Shown one piece after another: positions 40,170-49,725 of a stretch of DNA of 64,000 bases. A program made the translations under genes and the position numbers. The stretch is from positions 1 to 64,000 of the forward strand of contig JBBIGR010000025.1 in the NCBI GenBank assembly GCA_037447435.1, given 5' to 3'. Every line of letters begins with the position of its first letter. The stretch's first letter is position 1. Below the pieces are notes generated by a model. That model searched no databases. It was not told the origin of the DNA and saw only the letters and a program-made list of their open reading frames with translations. The DNA comes from Fibrobacteria bacterium. Its GTDB lineage: Bacteria; Fibrobacterota; Chitinivibrionia; Chitinivibrionales; FEN-1185.

Positions 40170-40628
40170 ATGTCGTCACGGCTTAGACAATTTCTCATCG
40201 AAGCATATTTCGGCGAAAAGGATTTTCTGACACGTAAAGTCACAAAAAACACGTTTATCCAAATAGACGATCAGGATGACAACGACGATATAACCACCTT
40301 TTGCAACATTTTCGTAACGGTCAAGAAACACGGGCAATATGAAATTGAAATCCTTGGCCGCGTTCCGGTTACGCAGGATATAGCCGACCTGGCGGAAATT
40401 TACAACGGCTATGCCGACATGGAAAGCGGGAGAATCGTATTAAATCTCGATGTTAACCAAATCGAGGCGGTCATGGATCTTGCGAAGAAAATCCATAAGA
40501 CGTCGCGAATGGGCACTATGATTAAAAACCAGAATTGGACCAAAATGGCAGCACGGACAATCAGCTCGCTGTATCGATTCGTTCGCGTCATCAAGGAATA
40601 TCAGCGGACAAAAGGGCAATTCATTTAA
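40170..40628 (+). CDS. Hypothetical protein
   Basis: 152-aa ORF with AGGA RBS and a downstream hairpin; no recognised motif. Confidence 0.6.
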   Translation: MSSRLRQFLIEAYFGEKDFLTRKVTKNTFIQIDDQDDNDDITTFCNIFVTVKKHGQYEIEILGRVPVTQDIADLAEIYNGYADMESGRIVLNLDVNQIEAVMDLAKKIHKTSRMGTMIKNQNWTKMAARTISSLYRFVRVIKEYQRTKGQFI

Positions 40629-40635
40629 TGCTGCG

Positions 40636-40677
40636 AATGTGCTGTTTCCCGATTGTGTCATCGGAAAACAGCACATT
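40636..40677. terminator. Hairpin between convergent genes
   Basis: AATGTGCTGTTTCCCGAT/ATCGGAAAACAGCACATT 18-bp stem with one mismatch. Confidence 0.7.
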
Positions 40678-40699
40678 TCCCATACTAAACAGATGCCAT

Positions 40700-43600
40700 T
40701 TAATTATTGTTTCCCGGTACGGCCTGCGATGCCGCCGCGGAAACAGCGCTTTCTTTCTTCTCAACAGGATTCAATAAATCCGTCGGGCAATTAAATTCCG
40801 TGAAAACCGGATCGCCGAACGGATGATCGGTACCTGCAACCTGCAAACGGTAATCCTGATAAACCATGTACATATTCTGGACATTGACCTGCCATTTGGC
40901 ATTGATGACGCTGCTGCTGACCTTATTGACCTTTGCATTCTGCAACAACTTTAAAAATCCCCATGCGCCGTTAAAGGTAATGTCTTGGGAAAAATCGGAA
41001 CCGACGAAAATTTTAAGCGATGCGCCGAGCGGCGTCGCATCGATAGGCCAATTGACGGTTACCGATTTTCCGCCGGGTGTCAAATCAAAGCCCTGACCGT
41101 TGACCTCGAGTTTTGCGTTATTTTTATTCGACCCCGAGGGCGTGAACGTCGTCGACAACGTTCGTAAAGTCCCGTCGGGCTTGAAAAATATGTCGCGTAT
41201 CCGTTCTCCATTTGTCAATGCTTTGGCCAGCGACGGGTTGAAATTAAGGGTCAGGCTGCCAACCGACCGGACCATCCAACCGTTTGAAGTCTTGACAACA
41301 AACGGGGAAAGGACGCGTTCGTAAAACCCCCAGAAGGTTCCGGTCTGCGGACGGAAAAAATCCATCACATCGGTAAATGCCGCGTCTTCGCCTCTGTTGA
41401 CAAAAGGATATCTTCCCGAAAAACGGCTCGTATAGGGTTTTATGATTTCCGCATGCCATTTCGCATTAAGAGTTTTGGTGAGAACCGCGGAAGCGGCAAA
41501 CCCCGTATGTTCCAGCGGAAGCAAGAGAACGCCTTTGAGCGAGGCCCCGAGATCTTCGGGCATTGTCGCCATTGCGCTTTGGGCAAATTTCCAGGCATTG
41601 AGCAATGCGTCGTCGTCTTTGCCGCTGAACACCACAAGGGCAAAATCCTCGCTTTGCGTTTGCAATGCGGCAAGCTTGCCCGAAAGCGTCATGATTTTGT
41701 CCTTATACCCTTCGTAACCGGAAAGCGAGCCGCCGGTGGAACGAGCAAAAGAACGCAACGGATCGAACGTTGCATTTAAATCGTCGAACGGGGATTTCTG
41801 GCCAAGCGCAAAAGCGCTTGCCTTATCGGCAGCGCTGTCGGCTTTGGAAAGGGCTTTGGCCAGCCCTTTTGTCGCTTTCAATTTGCTTGCTGCTTCAATA
41901 ACCGCGCCGCCAGCTTTATCGGCCATATTGTCTTTTTTAAGTACCGTATACGTTGCAACGGTTTGGAGCAAGGCCGACAATTCGGAATTATCGGCAACAA
42001 GCTTTTGCAAAATTCTTTGGCTCCTTGCGAGATCGCCGAACGGATCCATGGTCACCGATTTCAGGAATCCGAGCCATTGAAGTTTAAAGTCCGCAAGATA
42101 CGCCGCAACCATATCGTCGTATAGTTTCTTTTTATCGAGCGATGCCTCCGGTACGTCGGCATCGGCAAGGCCGATGACCCAGTCGAGCTTGAACGGGTCT
42201 TTGCTTGCCTGCCCGATACCTTCGGCAACGAATTTATCCCAACCGTCCTGGGTATACAGCACGCTGATGTTTCTGTCGGACTTTAAAATGCCTTCCTGTT
42301 GACGGTTAAGCATTTGGTCGAGTGAAATTTTTGGCGCTTCCTGCGACAACCTGTTGATCACCGCCTGATACAGATTTTCGGCAGATGGGAGGCGGCGAAG
42401 TTTTGTTCGCGCCAGCGTGACCACGCGCTGGTTTTCCTGGATCGGGGGTATTGCTTGACGTTTGAGATACAGAAGGTAAACGCCCATATTTTCCTGGAGA
42501 ATGGATTCTATCTGCTGCGGCAAACGGGACTGGTTGCCATCGGCGGCAAGAAGGGACTGTTTTACCGCATCCAGCAGAATCGGCCTTAAAAATGTCGTAT
42601 CGATGTCTTTGGGATGCGAAGACATGGCTTCGGAAAGCGACAAATAGGCCTTAAGCTGCATATATAAATTGTCGTAGTCCTCGCCTGCCAAATCGCCGTA
42701 CCCCTGGACCTTTTCCCATACGACGTATTCGAGATACTTTACAGAAGGTATTACGACGAGATTCCTCAGTTTTGTAAAATATTGGCTCCGCAGCTCCGAA
42801 AGCACGCTTCCGCCGCGATATAAACCCGAAAACGCCGTTGAAAAAGGAGCTCCCCGGTCTTCGTACCGTTGCAGCCGATAGACTGCTTTGCCGAGAACGT
42901 CCAGTCCGGCATATTGATCGTATAATCCGATCTGGTCTTTGGGAGCTTGACTGAGTTGCGTTTGGATTTCATTGAACAGCCCGAGCGAACCCAAAAGCCC
43001 GCTTGCAACGAACCCGATTATGCCGATCGCCGCCACCCCGATCGCCGCGGTTATGAGATAATGGCGAACGGTTTCCTGGCGCGTCCGTTTCTGGGTCGTC
43101 TTGACAAGAGATTTATCCCTCACCATTATTTCACGGAATAGGGGCAATACGAACAATGATGTTATATCGGCTTTTTTACCGACCTGCCCGGCGCGCTGCG
43201 CATCGGTACCTTGTTGCGCGGCAAGCATTTTCCGCGGATTGAGCGGATGATTTGCAATTGTCATTCCGACATCGGGTTTGCCCGCCTGCTCCTCGGTTGC
43301 ATTCTGGGGTTTGATGTCGAGACAACTGGTGAAATAAAACCCGCGAAAAAGAGGTTTGCCTTCATAATTGCTGGGTTTGAAAAGCTCGGTGACAAAACCG
43401 CCCAGTTTTTCCTGCATGGCTTCGAAATGGATGACAAAGCGGCAAATCATGCGCCGCCTGGCCTCGTCTTTTTCCTTGAAAAGCTTGTCGAGCCGCAAAT
43501 CGGTCAACGATTTCGAAAGCAGCCCGAATTCCTGCGCAAACGACATGCGCGGCATGACTTTGTCCTGATCGACCGACAATGTTGCGCCGAAGATCTGATC

Positions 43601-44386
43601 CTGCGATTTAATGAACTGATCTCCGAAATAATCGGCAAAACCCGGGATTTTATCAGATTGATTAAACAGAAGAGAAACTGGAAACTCTATGCCCCATGCG
43701 GCGATAAGGTCGTCGACCCTAAAGCGCAAGGTTTTGGCAAGTTCCTTGACCGTACTGTCGTCGGCAGTGAGGACATCGTGCGCCGAGACGACCATCGCCA
43801 TGCCGTCGACCGGCCGTTCGGGCCGCACCTGTTGCAGAGACAAAAGAAATGCCTGCCAAATGTCTTTTTTGTCGTCTTGCATCAAGGAACCGGGAACATC
43901 GATCCAGACCGCTTCGTTGGCAAAATACCACGTTATCTGATCGGAGCCTTCGAGCATGATACCGTCTTTTTCACTGGGGTACCGCAACGGGAAATTCAAA
44001 CCAGCTCCGCGGAGCAACGCGGTTTTCCCCGCCTTCGGCGCGCCGCACAATAGAAACCATGGTCGCTCGTAAATGGCGCTTTTTTTCATGATTCCTTTGC
44101 GCATCACCGCATCCATATAGCGTTGCACCGCCTCATTTGTTTCTTTACTGATGCGTTGATACGCCGACTGATTTCCCACGAAAACGCCGTTGGTTTTGGA
44201 TTTTTTCTTTTTCGATTTGAGGATTGTCGAAACTGCCCAGGCAGCATCGCCGATCCACAGACACAATGCCAAAACGCACTGCAACCAACCGGGAAACGAC
44301 AACAAGCCGCCGATGACGAAAGAAAGTATTCCGACAATACACAGCAACGACCAAACGATGAAAAGCCACACTGGAATTTTTTTCAT
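40700..44386 (-). CDS. tssM: Type VI secretion membrane subunit TssM (IcmF)
   Basis: Two N-terminal TMs; YERPWFLLCGAPKAGKT P-loop; WYFANEAVWID.PG; FPVSLLF...D.IPGF; FRGFYFTS; third TM; YTQDGW, GRYPF, FF.P..G, GAWGFLKLL. Confidence 0.92.
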   Translation of the reverse strand: MKKIPVWLFIVWSLLCIVGILSFVIGGLLSFPGWLQCVLALCLWIGDAAWAVSTILKSKKKKSKTNGVFVGNQSAYQRISKETNEAVQRYMDAVMRKGIMKKSAIYERPWFLLCGAPKAGKTALLRGAGLNFPLRYPSEKDGIMLEGSDQITWYFANEAVWIDVPGSLMQDDKKDIWQAFLLSLQQVRPERPVDGMAMVVSAHDVLTADDSTVKELAKTLRFRVDDLIAAWGIEFPVSLLFNQSDKIPGFADYFGDQFIKSQDQIFGATLSVDQDKVMPRMSFAQEFGLLSKSLTDLRLDKLFKEKDEARRRMICRFVIHFEAMQEKLGGFVTELFKPSNYEGKPLFRGFYFTSCLDIKPQNATEEQAGKPDVGMTIANHPLNPRKMLAAQQGTDAQRAGQVGKKADITSLFVLPLFREIMVRDKSLVKTTQKRTRQETVRHYLITAAIGVAAIGIIGFVASGLLGSLGLFNEIQTQLSQAPKDQIGLYDQYAGLDVLGKAVYRLQRYEDRGAPFSTAFSGLYRGGSVLSELRSQYFTKLRNLVVIPSVKYLEYVVWEKVQGYGDLAGEDYDNLYMQLKAYLSLSEAMSSHPKDIDTTFLRPILLDAVKQSLLAADGNQSRLPQQIESILQENMGVYLLYLKRQAIPPIQENQRVVTLARTKLRRLPSAENLYQAVINRLSQEAPKISLDQMLNRQQEGILKSDRNISVLYTQDGWDKFVAEGIGQASKDPFKLDWVIGLADADVPEASLDKKKLYDDMVAAYLADFKLQWLGFLKSVTMDPFGDLARSQRILQKLVADNSELSALLQTVATYTVLKKDNMADKAGGAVIEAASKLKATKGLAKALSKADSAADKASAFALGQKSPFDDLNATFDPLRSFARSTGGSLSGYEGYKDKIMTLSGKLAALQTQSEDFALVVFSGKDDDALLNAWKFAQSAMATMPEDLGASLKGVLLLPLEHTGFAASAVLTKTLNAKWHAEIIKPYTSRFSGRYPFVNRGEDAAFTDVMDFFRPQTGTFWGFYERVLSPFVVKTSNGWMVRSVGSLTLNFNPSLAKALTNGERIRDIFFKPDGTLRTLSTTFTPSGSNKNNAKLEVNGQGFDLTPGGKSVTVNWPIDATPLGASLKIFVGSDFSQDITFNGAWGFLKLLQNAKVNKVSSSVINAKWQVNVQNMYMVYQDYRLQVAGTDHPFGDPVFTEFNCPTDLLNPVEKKESAVSAAASQAVPGNNN

Positions 44387-44392
44387 AATATT

Positions 44393-45139
44393 TTATTTTA
44401 CCGCCGATGAGGGAATTGAGCCCAGTAATGTTGACAATGCGGATGAATTGATGAAGAACATGACAAGCCAAGCCGCAACCACCGTCGAAGCGGCGATCAC
44501 GCCGGTGAGCCAGAACGGAAAAAGAAATGAGTTTGATTTTTTTGCAACGGACGTTTCGGCACGCCGTCCGTGAGGCGATAATTCCGCTGAAACGCGGACG
44601 CGCGTCCGCCTAAGTTTCCTCCCCAAATCATCCATAATGGCGATACGTTCTTCCGGATTACCCATTTTGTATTTACCTTCAAAACCAAGAGCAAGGCACA
44701 GAAAATAAACCTCAAGAACGTCTTTTTTGTTTTCGGGTTGCAAAAGAAGGTTTTGCAATTTATTGAAAAATTCCTGGCCCGCAATATTGTCGCCGAAATA
44801 ATCGAGCTGCATGGGACGTGAAATCCAATAATCCCTGCACGCACCGGGTACGCTGAGCACCGTTTCGTCCATGAGCGCGACAAGTGAGTATTTCGCTTCC
44901 GCGATGGAATCTGCGGCCATGCCGATGGTTTTGCAGTTTTTTTCGAATAAGTCAAGATAATAGGCGATCAGTTTCCGAAGCGACGCCGGATCACCGAGGT
45001 CTTCTGCTTCACGCATGCGAATAATCATCAGAAACAGATCGGTGCAAAGCGCACTGATGTCCCGCGACCCGCCCAATGTCTTGGAAAGGTCGAGGTTCAT
45101 GGTCTGGGTGACCATTGTCTGGGCGAATGATGATGACAT
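44393..45139 (-). CDS. tssL: Type VI secretion protein TssL (DotU), no OmpA domain
   Basis: AKYSLVALMDETVL, W..RPMQLDYFG...AGQEFF, LEVYFLCLALGFEGKY, LSPH, C-terminal TM. Confidence 0.92.
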   Translation of the reverse strand: MSSSFAQTMVTQTMNLDLSKTLGGSRDISALCTDLFLMIIRMREAEDLGDPASLRKLIAYYLDLFEKNCKTIGMAADSIAEAKYSLVALMDETVLSVPGACRDYWISRPMQLDYFGDNIAGQEFFNKLQNLLLQPENKKDVLEVYFLCLALGFEGKYKMGNPEERIAIMDDLGRKLRRTRVRVSAELSPHGRRAETSVAKKSNSFLFPFWLTGVIAASTVVAAWLVMFFINSSALSTLLGSIPSSAVK

Positions 45140-45174
45140 TGTTTTACCTTTGAAAATAATGATGTCTTATATAT

Positions 45175-46527
45175 TTATTCCTTCAAAGCAAGCATTTCGA
45201 TTTTAAGTTCCGGATAATTGTTCGGGAAATAAAACGCGATGCTGCCGGTGGCCTTGATTTGTTGCCAGAAATCGCCCTGCTGGTCGAGGCTGAAATACAC
45301 AAAACCCGGTTTTGTGGAAAGCCCCTGCGGCGGATGCATGATATGGCGCAATGGCAGTCCCGGCATAGCCGAGGATATGAGCAAATCGAGTTTGTTGCGA
45401 GAGCACATTTTTATCCGCTGCAAAACGCCGACCACCAGTTCTTTTTCCTGCACTTTTGCGGAAACGCCGAGGAAAAACTTTGCAACGGATAATAATTTTT
45501 CGTCGGGCACTTTGCAGACAAACGTGGACTGATTGACCGTTTCGATGGGAACGGGAACGCAACCGGCCTGGATATCGGCCTCGAGCACCGTGCGGATAGC
45601 CTTGACAAGCAAAACATAGGTCGATGCGACATTCGCATGATCGTACCGAGGCAGGTTCTTGAGCGATATCTCGGAACTGAACGTGCAGAGCGAGCCGGCA
45701 AATTGGGTAAGCGTGCAGAACACGTCGAACGGATGCAAATGCGGAAACGAATGAAAGTGCGTGAGCAACGGCGTATACGTGTTCAGCGTTTGTAAAAGCC
45801 GGAACGGAGTTTCCTCGCCGCTCGCAAAATCGGCAAATCCGCCTTCGACCTGTTTTCGGCCCGCAGACAGGGCGGTTATCTTTGCAAGAAGGAATTCGAG
45901 CAGCGACCGTAAAAGATTGAGCACCGGCTGCGATGCCCCGATTTGCAAGAGGGGCGGCACAAATGCGGTTGAAATTTCGACCTGACCGCTCTGATTGCGG
46001 ACAAGCTTTGCTATTTGGAAAGACGCATGACTGTCGAGCGCTTCGTCTCCGAATAAAATCACGAAATTAAATGCCCCGGTTTCGATGTCTTTTCTTTGCG
46101 TACCGATGACTTCGTCGACTACCGGCACGACACGGGAACGGTACCGGGAAGCGGATGCCCCTTCCATCGTATTGGGAACGACGTTTGTTTTTCCTTCTAT
46201 TATAAGGGGCAACCCTAAAAACACGTCCAACGATTGCTGATCGGGTGTAAAATGATCGGCAAACGAACGTGCATTCGGGGCTGCGTCCTGCTTGGGCATG
46301 GAGAACACCACGCCGTCGGGCAATATGCCGCTACAGCGAAGAATTGAAATGAGGCCGTTGCTGACTGCGTCTTTATCGATTTCGAGCTCCGAAACGCCAA
46401 ACAGATAGGGCGACGCGGCATTTCGGACGGCATTGATTGCGTTTAGAACATAGCGTTCAGCCTGCTGAAAATGATGAGGCTGAAGAAACATGCCTTCTTT
46501 CCAAACAACTTTGCTGTTACTGAGCAC
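45175..46527 (-). CDS. tssK: Type VI secretion baseplate subunit TssK
   Basis: KVVWKEGMFLQPHHFQQAERY, GILPDG, FVPP, HPF, YDH, PGLPLRH, GFVYFSL, W...G.IAFY; GTG start after AGAGG. Confidence 0.93.
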   Translation of the reverse strand: MLSNSKVVWKEGMFLQPHHFQQAERYVLNAINAVRNAASPYLFGVSELEIDKDAVSNGLISILRCSGILPDGVVFSMPKQDAAPNARSFADHFTPDQQSLDVFLGLPLIIEGKTNVVPNTMEGASASRYRSRVVPVVDEVIGTQRKDIETGAFNFVILFGDEALDSHASFQIAKLVRNQSGQVEISTAFVPPLLQIGASQPVLNLLRSLLEFLLAKITALSAGRKQVEGGFADFASGEETPFRLLQTLNTYTPLLTHFHSFPHLHPFDVFCTLTQFAGSLCTFSSEISLKNLPRYDHANVASTYVLLVKAIRTVLEADIQAGCVPVPIETVNQSTFVCKVPDEKLLSVAKFFLGVSAKVQEKELVVGVLQRIKMCSRNKLDLLISSAMPGLPLRHIMHPPQGLSTKPGFVYFSLDQQGDFWQQIKATGSIAFYFPNNYPELKIEMLALKE

Positions 46528-46712
46528 GGTAACCTCTTTTCATTATGACAATCAGGAATCGCTGTTTTAAATATTGATTTTGTTTTATTCGGTAAACTAT
46601 TGTATTTTTACATTCCAAATCGGTTTTATGCACGTTTACCCAAGTTGGTAAATATAAAATCTGACTGCTTTTAATAGAAAGCTTTTCTACTTTTTCCCCA
46701 AGGAGCGTATCT

Positions 46713-47405
46713 ATGCGGAAAATTTCAATTGCCTGGATCGTGCTGTGCATTGCCACACTTTTGCACACCAGAGTATTTGCCGAAGCCGAGGGAGTACTTT
46801 CGGTAAAAACAGATCCCGACGGCATTGAAGTATGGCTTGATGATAAATATATCGGCGATTCGCCGATTATCGATAAAAAATTAAAAAGCGGGAGATATTC
46901 TCTCAAACTGGTAGATCCGGTACAGCACTCGAGTTCAACGGAAGAAGTTTTTATTCAACCGGGCGAACAAACCATGGTAGAGAAAACCATGAAATCACGC
47001 TTCGGATCGTTGAAAGTTAATACCAACCCCGAAGGTTCGGAAGTTTCGATTTTAACATCCCTTGGAAAAACACCGCTTTCAAATGATTTCATTATTCCGG
47101 GAAAATATCGATTGGAAATACGCAATCCGAACGGTTATAAGCCATTATCAACCGACGTGGTCGTTCCAAAAGGCGAGGTATTGTCCATTCAAAAATCGCT
47201 TGAAAAAACCGGCGGTCTCGACGGCAGGGGTGTAGCGCGTCTGGCTTTGGGTCTGGGTGCGATTGCCGGTACCGTTTTATCGATGGTCGAAATCGGCGAC
47301 GATAATTTTAAAAATGCAACCGACGGATCCAGAACCGGGTGCATCGTTGGCGGTACCTTAAGTATCTTATGCGTGATTTCATTTGAAATAGTCGCATTTT
47401 TCTAA
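46713..47405 (+). CDS. PEGA-domain protein with C-terminal double hydrophobic helix
   Basis: Signal peptide; two PEGA repeats (LSVKTDPDG.EVWLDD..IGDSP; LKVNTNPEG...GKTPL); AAGGAG RBS; ends IVAFF. Confidence 0.85.
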   Translation: MRKISIAWIVLCIATLLHTRVFAEAEGVLSVKTDPDGIEVWLDDKYIGDSPIIDKKLKSGRYSLKLVDPVQHSSSTEEVFIQPGEQTMVEKTMKSRFGSLKVNTNPEGSEVSILTSLGKTPLSNDFIIPGKYRLEIRNPNGYKPLSTDVVVPKGEVLSIQKSLEKTGGLDGRGVARLALGLGAIAGTVLSMVEIGDDNFKNATDGSRTGCIVGGTLSILCVISFEIVAFF

Positions 47406-47511
47406 CCCGTTGTATGGAACTCAATGAGGATATCGTTTTTTTGCCCGGTTTATAGTACAATTGACTCACTGTATAAGAATTTTAATTCAATAATAGAGTA
47501 AAAATCAAGTC

Positions 47512-49542
47512 ATGAACACCCAGGATTCCTCGAATCAGAAACCGCAACAACCGAACTTCGACAAGACCTTTGTCGAAGGATCGACCGGGCAAACCCAGTT
47601 TAATAATTTGAATGCGGGCTCGCGCATAGACGCAACCAATATTTCACAGACAAACCCCTACGGCGTAAAACGGCCTGCGCCGACGGCAAATGATTTACCG
47701 AGTGGCAATGAGCCGCTTCCTTTGGGTTCCGGAACAATCGTCGGACTTCTCGGGGCCGGCGGCATGGCACGCGTCTATAAAATTTGGAACGAAAAACTTG
47801 AGGTTTTCCGCGCAGTCAAGATTCTCATTCCTACGCAGCAAGGTGACTTGCGGAACCGTTTCGAAACGGAAGCGAAAATAACCGCGAAATTGCGACATCC
47901 CAATATCGTGGAAATTTACAGCGTCGGCGATTTTCGTGGACTTCCCTATTTGGAAATGGAACTCATAGACGGTTCCGCGCTCGACCAAATCATCCACAAC
48001 ACCGGCGTGCTTCCCCCTGCGGTTTGTTCCTCGATCGCGATTTTCGTGGTACGTGCATTGACTTATGCGCACAACCAGGAATTTTTGCTCTATGGAAAAA
48101 CGTATCAGGGCATCATACACCGCGATTTGAAACCCGCCAACATCATGATTTCGAAACACGGGGATTTGCGATTGATGGACTTCGGCATCGCACGTCCGAC
48201 CGAGGCAAGCCTGCATACGGTCGAGGGCAACATCGTCGGTACCATGCAATATTTGTCGCCCGAACAAATGGACGGCGTCGATGTCGATGCACGAGCCGAC
48301 ATTTACTCTTTCGGCGCCATATTATATGAAATGATTACCGGCACCAAAACGTTTCCGCAGGACACGATCACCAACCTGATGAAACGTAAAATCATGAATG
48401 AATACCGAAAATTCGATGATTTTGACTTTAACGTGCCGCAGGGACTGGCCAAAATATCGCAAAAATGCCTACAACTTGACAAGAACGACAGATACGCGAA
48501 CGCGCAGTTGCTTCTTGACGATTTGGAAAACGCCCATCGATCGCTTTCGTCGCAATCGCCGGAAGCGGTATTAAAAGCCTACCTCGACGATCCGTCGAGC
48601 ATTTCCAGTCATGTCGGCGGAAAAAAGCCTGCGTGGCTTTCGTTGAAAATAACGATACCTGCTGCGGCGGTTGTGGTAGTTTTGGCCCTTGTCGCGATAT
48701 TCATGTTGACAGGGCCGAAACCGGAACCCCAAGTTCAGCAACAAAGCCCGGCGGTCAAGGAGCCTGTTACGCAGCCGGTTATTCCTGCGCAACCGCAACA
48801 GCCCGAAGCGATGCAGCCCCTTGCCCCGGCATCGCCAACGCAAACAACGCAACAAATAAAACCCGCAGAACCGAACGAACCGGATCCGTTTACGCAACAA
48901 ACGACGCAAAAATCCCATGATCCCCGCATCAAGCAATCCCGGTTCGCATCCGTTGCCCCCAAAAGCGGCAAAACGGAAAAAAACGCTTCCGCTTCGCAAA
49001 AAGAGACTGCTGCCGAAAAAAACCTTGCGCCCATCGACCGGCTTAAAAAGGAGTATAATTCTTCGGACTTTCTCGACATCGCGCAGGCGGCTATTGCAAA
49101 AAACGCACATGACGATGCCTTGCTCGCGCTTGACAATGCCCCCCAAAACGACCGCGCATTTCTTCTTCTTATAGAAGCGCTCGTGTCGGCCGACAAGCTC
49201 CGGGCAGCAAAAGAAAAAGTGCAGAGCGCGCAAATCAACGACGCGCAATACAACTTGCTTGCGGGCGAATTATACCAAAAAATGGGACGCAACAAAGACG
49301 CTTTGGAGAATTTCCAAACAGCGCTTACCAAGCCGAGCAGGTATCGCAATATCCGGGAAGTTCGCAACGACGCCCTGTATTATACGGCGGTTGCCTACAG
49401 TGAAATTTACAAAGACGACCCGACACCCGACAACCGCGGCCTCGCGCTGCAATCGTGGCGCGTTGTCAAGAACATGTATTCGAACGCCCCGGACAATAAC
49501 CGCTATAAAAAGGCAGTGAGCGAACTTTCTTCAATCAATTAG
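47512..49542 (+). CDS. Hanks-type transmembrane Ser/Thr protein kinase with Pro/Gln linker and TPR-like tail
   Basis: GAGGMARVY, AVK, HRDLKPAN, DFGIAR, GTMQYLSPEQ, DIYSFG; TM helix; P/Q-rich linker; TPR-like helices. Confidence 0.92.
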   Translation: MNTQDSSNQKPQQPNFDKTFVEGSTGQTQFNNLNAGSRIDATNISQTNPYGVKRPAPTANDLPSGNEPLPLGSGTIVGLLGAGGMARVYKIWNEKLEVFRAVKILIPTQQGDLRNRFETEAKITAKLRHPNIVEIYSVGDFRGLPYLEMELIDGSALDQIIHNTGVLPPAVCSSIAIFVVRALTYAHNQEFLLYGKTYQGIIHRDLKPANIMISKHGDLRLMDFGIARPTEASLHTVEGNIVGTMQYLSPEQMDGVDVDARADIYSFGAILYEMITGTKTFPQDTITNLMKRKIMNEYRKFDDFDFNVPQGLAKISQKCLQLDKNDRYANAQLLLDDLENAHRSLSSQSPEAVLKAYLDDPSSISSHVGGKKPAWLSLKITIPAAAVVVVLALVAIFMLTGPKPEPQVQQQSPAVKEPVTQPVIPAQPQQPEAMQPLAPASPTQTTQQIKPAEPNEPDPFTQQTTQKSHDPRIKQSRFASVAPKSGKTEKNASASQKETAAEKNLAPIDRLKKEYNSSDFLDIAQAAIAKNAHDDALLALDNAPQNDRAFLLLIEALVSADKLRAAKEKVQSAQINDAQYNLLAGELYQKMGRNKDALENFQTALTKPSRYRNIREVRNDALYYTAVAYSEIYKDDPTPDNRGLALQSWRVVKNMYSNAPDNNRYKKAVSELSSIN

Positions 49543-49608
49543 CCGTATTCCGCCCTATTTGCCTGAGCGCAAAGGACAATCGCCTATTTGTGAAATAAAG
49601 TGCATAAC

Positions 49609-49626
49609 TTGTGAAAAAAAGCACAA
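49609..49626. promoter_or_regulatory. Putative Rex (NADH/NAD+ sensor) operator
   Basis: TTGTGAAAAAAAGCACAA fits the 18-bp TTGTG-N8-CACAA palindrome; extra TTGTGAAA half-sites at 49588 and 49661. Confidence 0.6.
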
Positions 49627-49725
49627 TATTATTGTAGAAATTGCGAAAATATATTTTTTATTGTGAAAAAAAGTATATATTAATGTTTCTATTAGTAATT
49701 AGACTTGCCACAAGGAGTAGGCTTC

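Noticed and set aside
43211..44053. 280-aa plus-strand ORF antisense to tssM
   Set aside because: Shadow ORF of a well-supported gene with no motifs; expected from codon bias.
48715..48910. Repetitive CAA/CCG-rich DNA as a tandem repeat or CRISPR-like array
   Set aside because: It encodes the Pro/Gln linker of the kinase; no fixed repeat unit or spacers.
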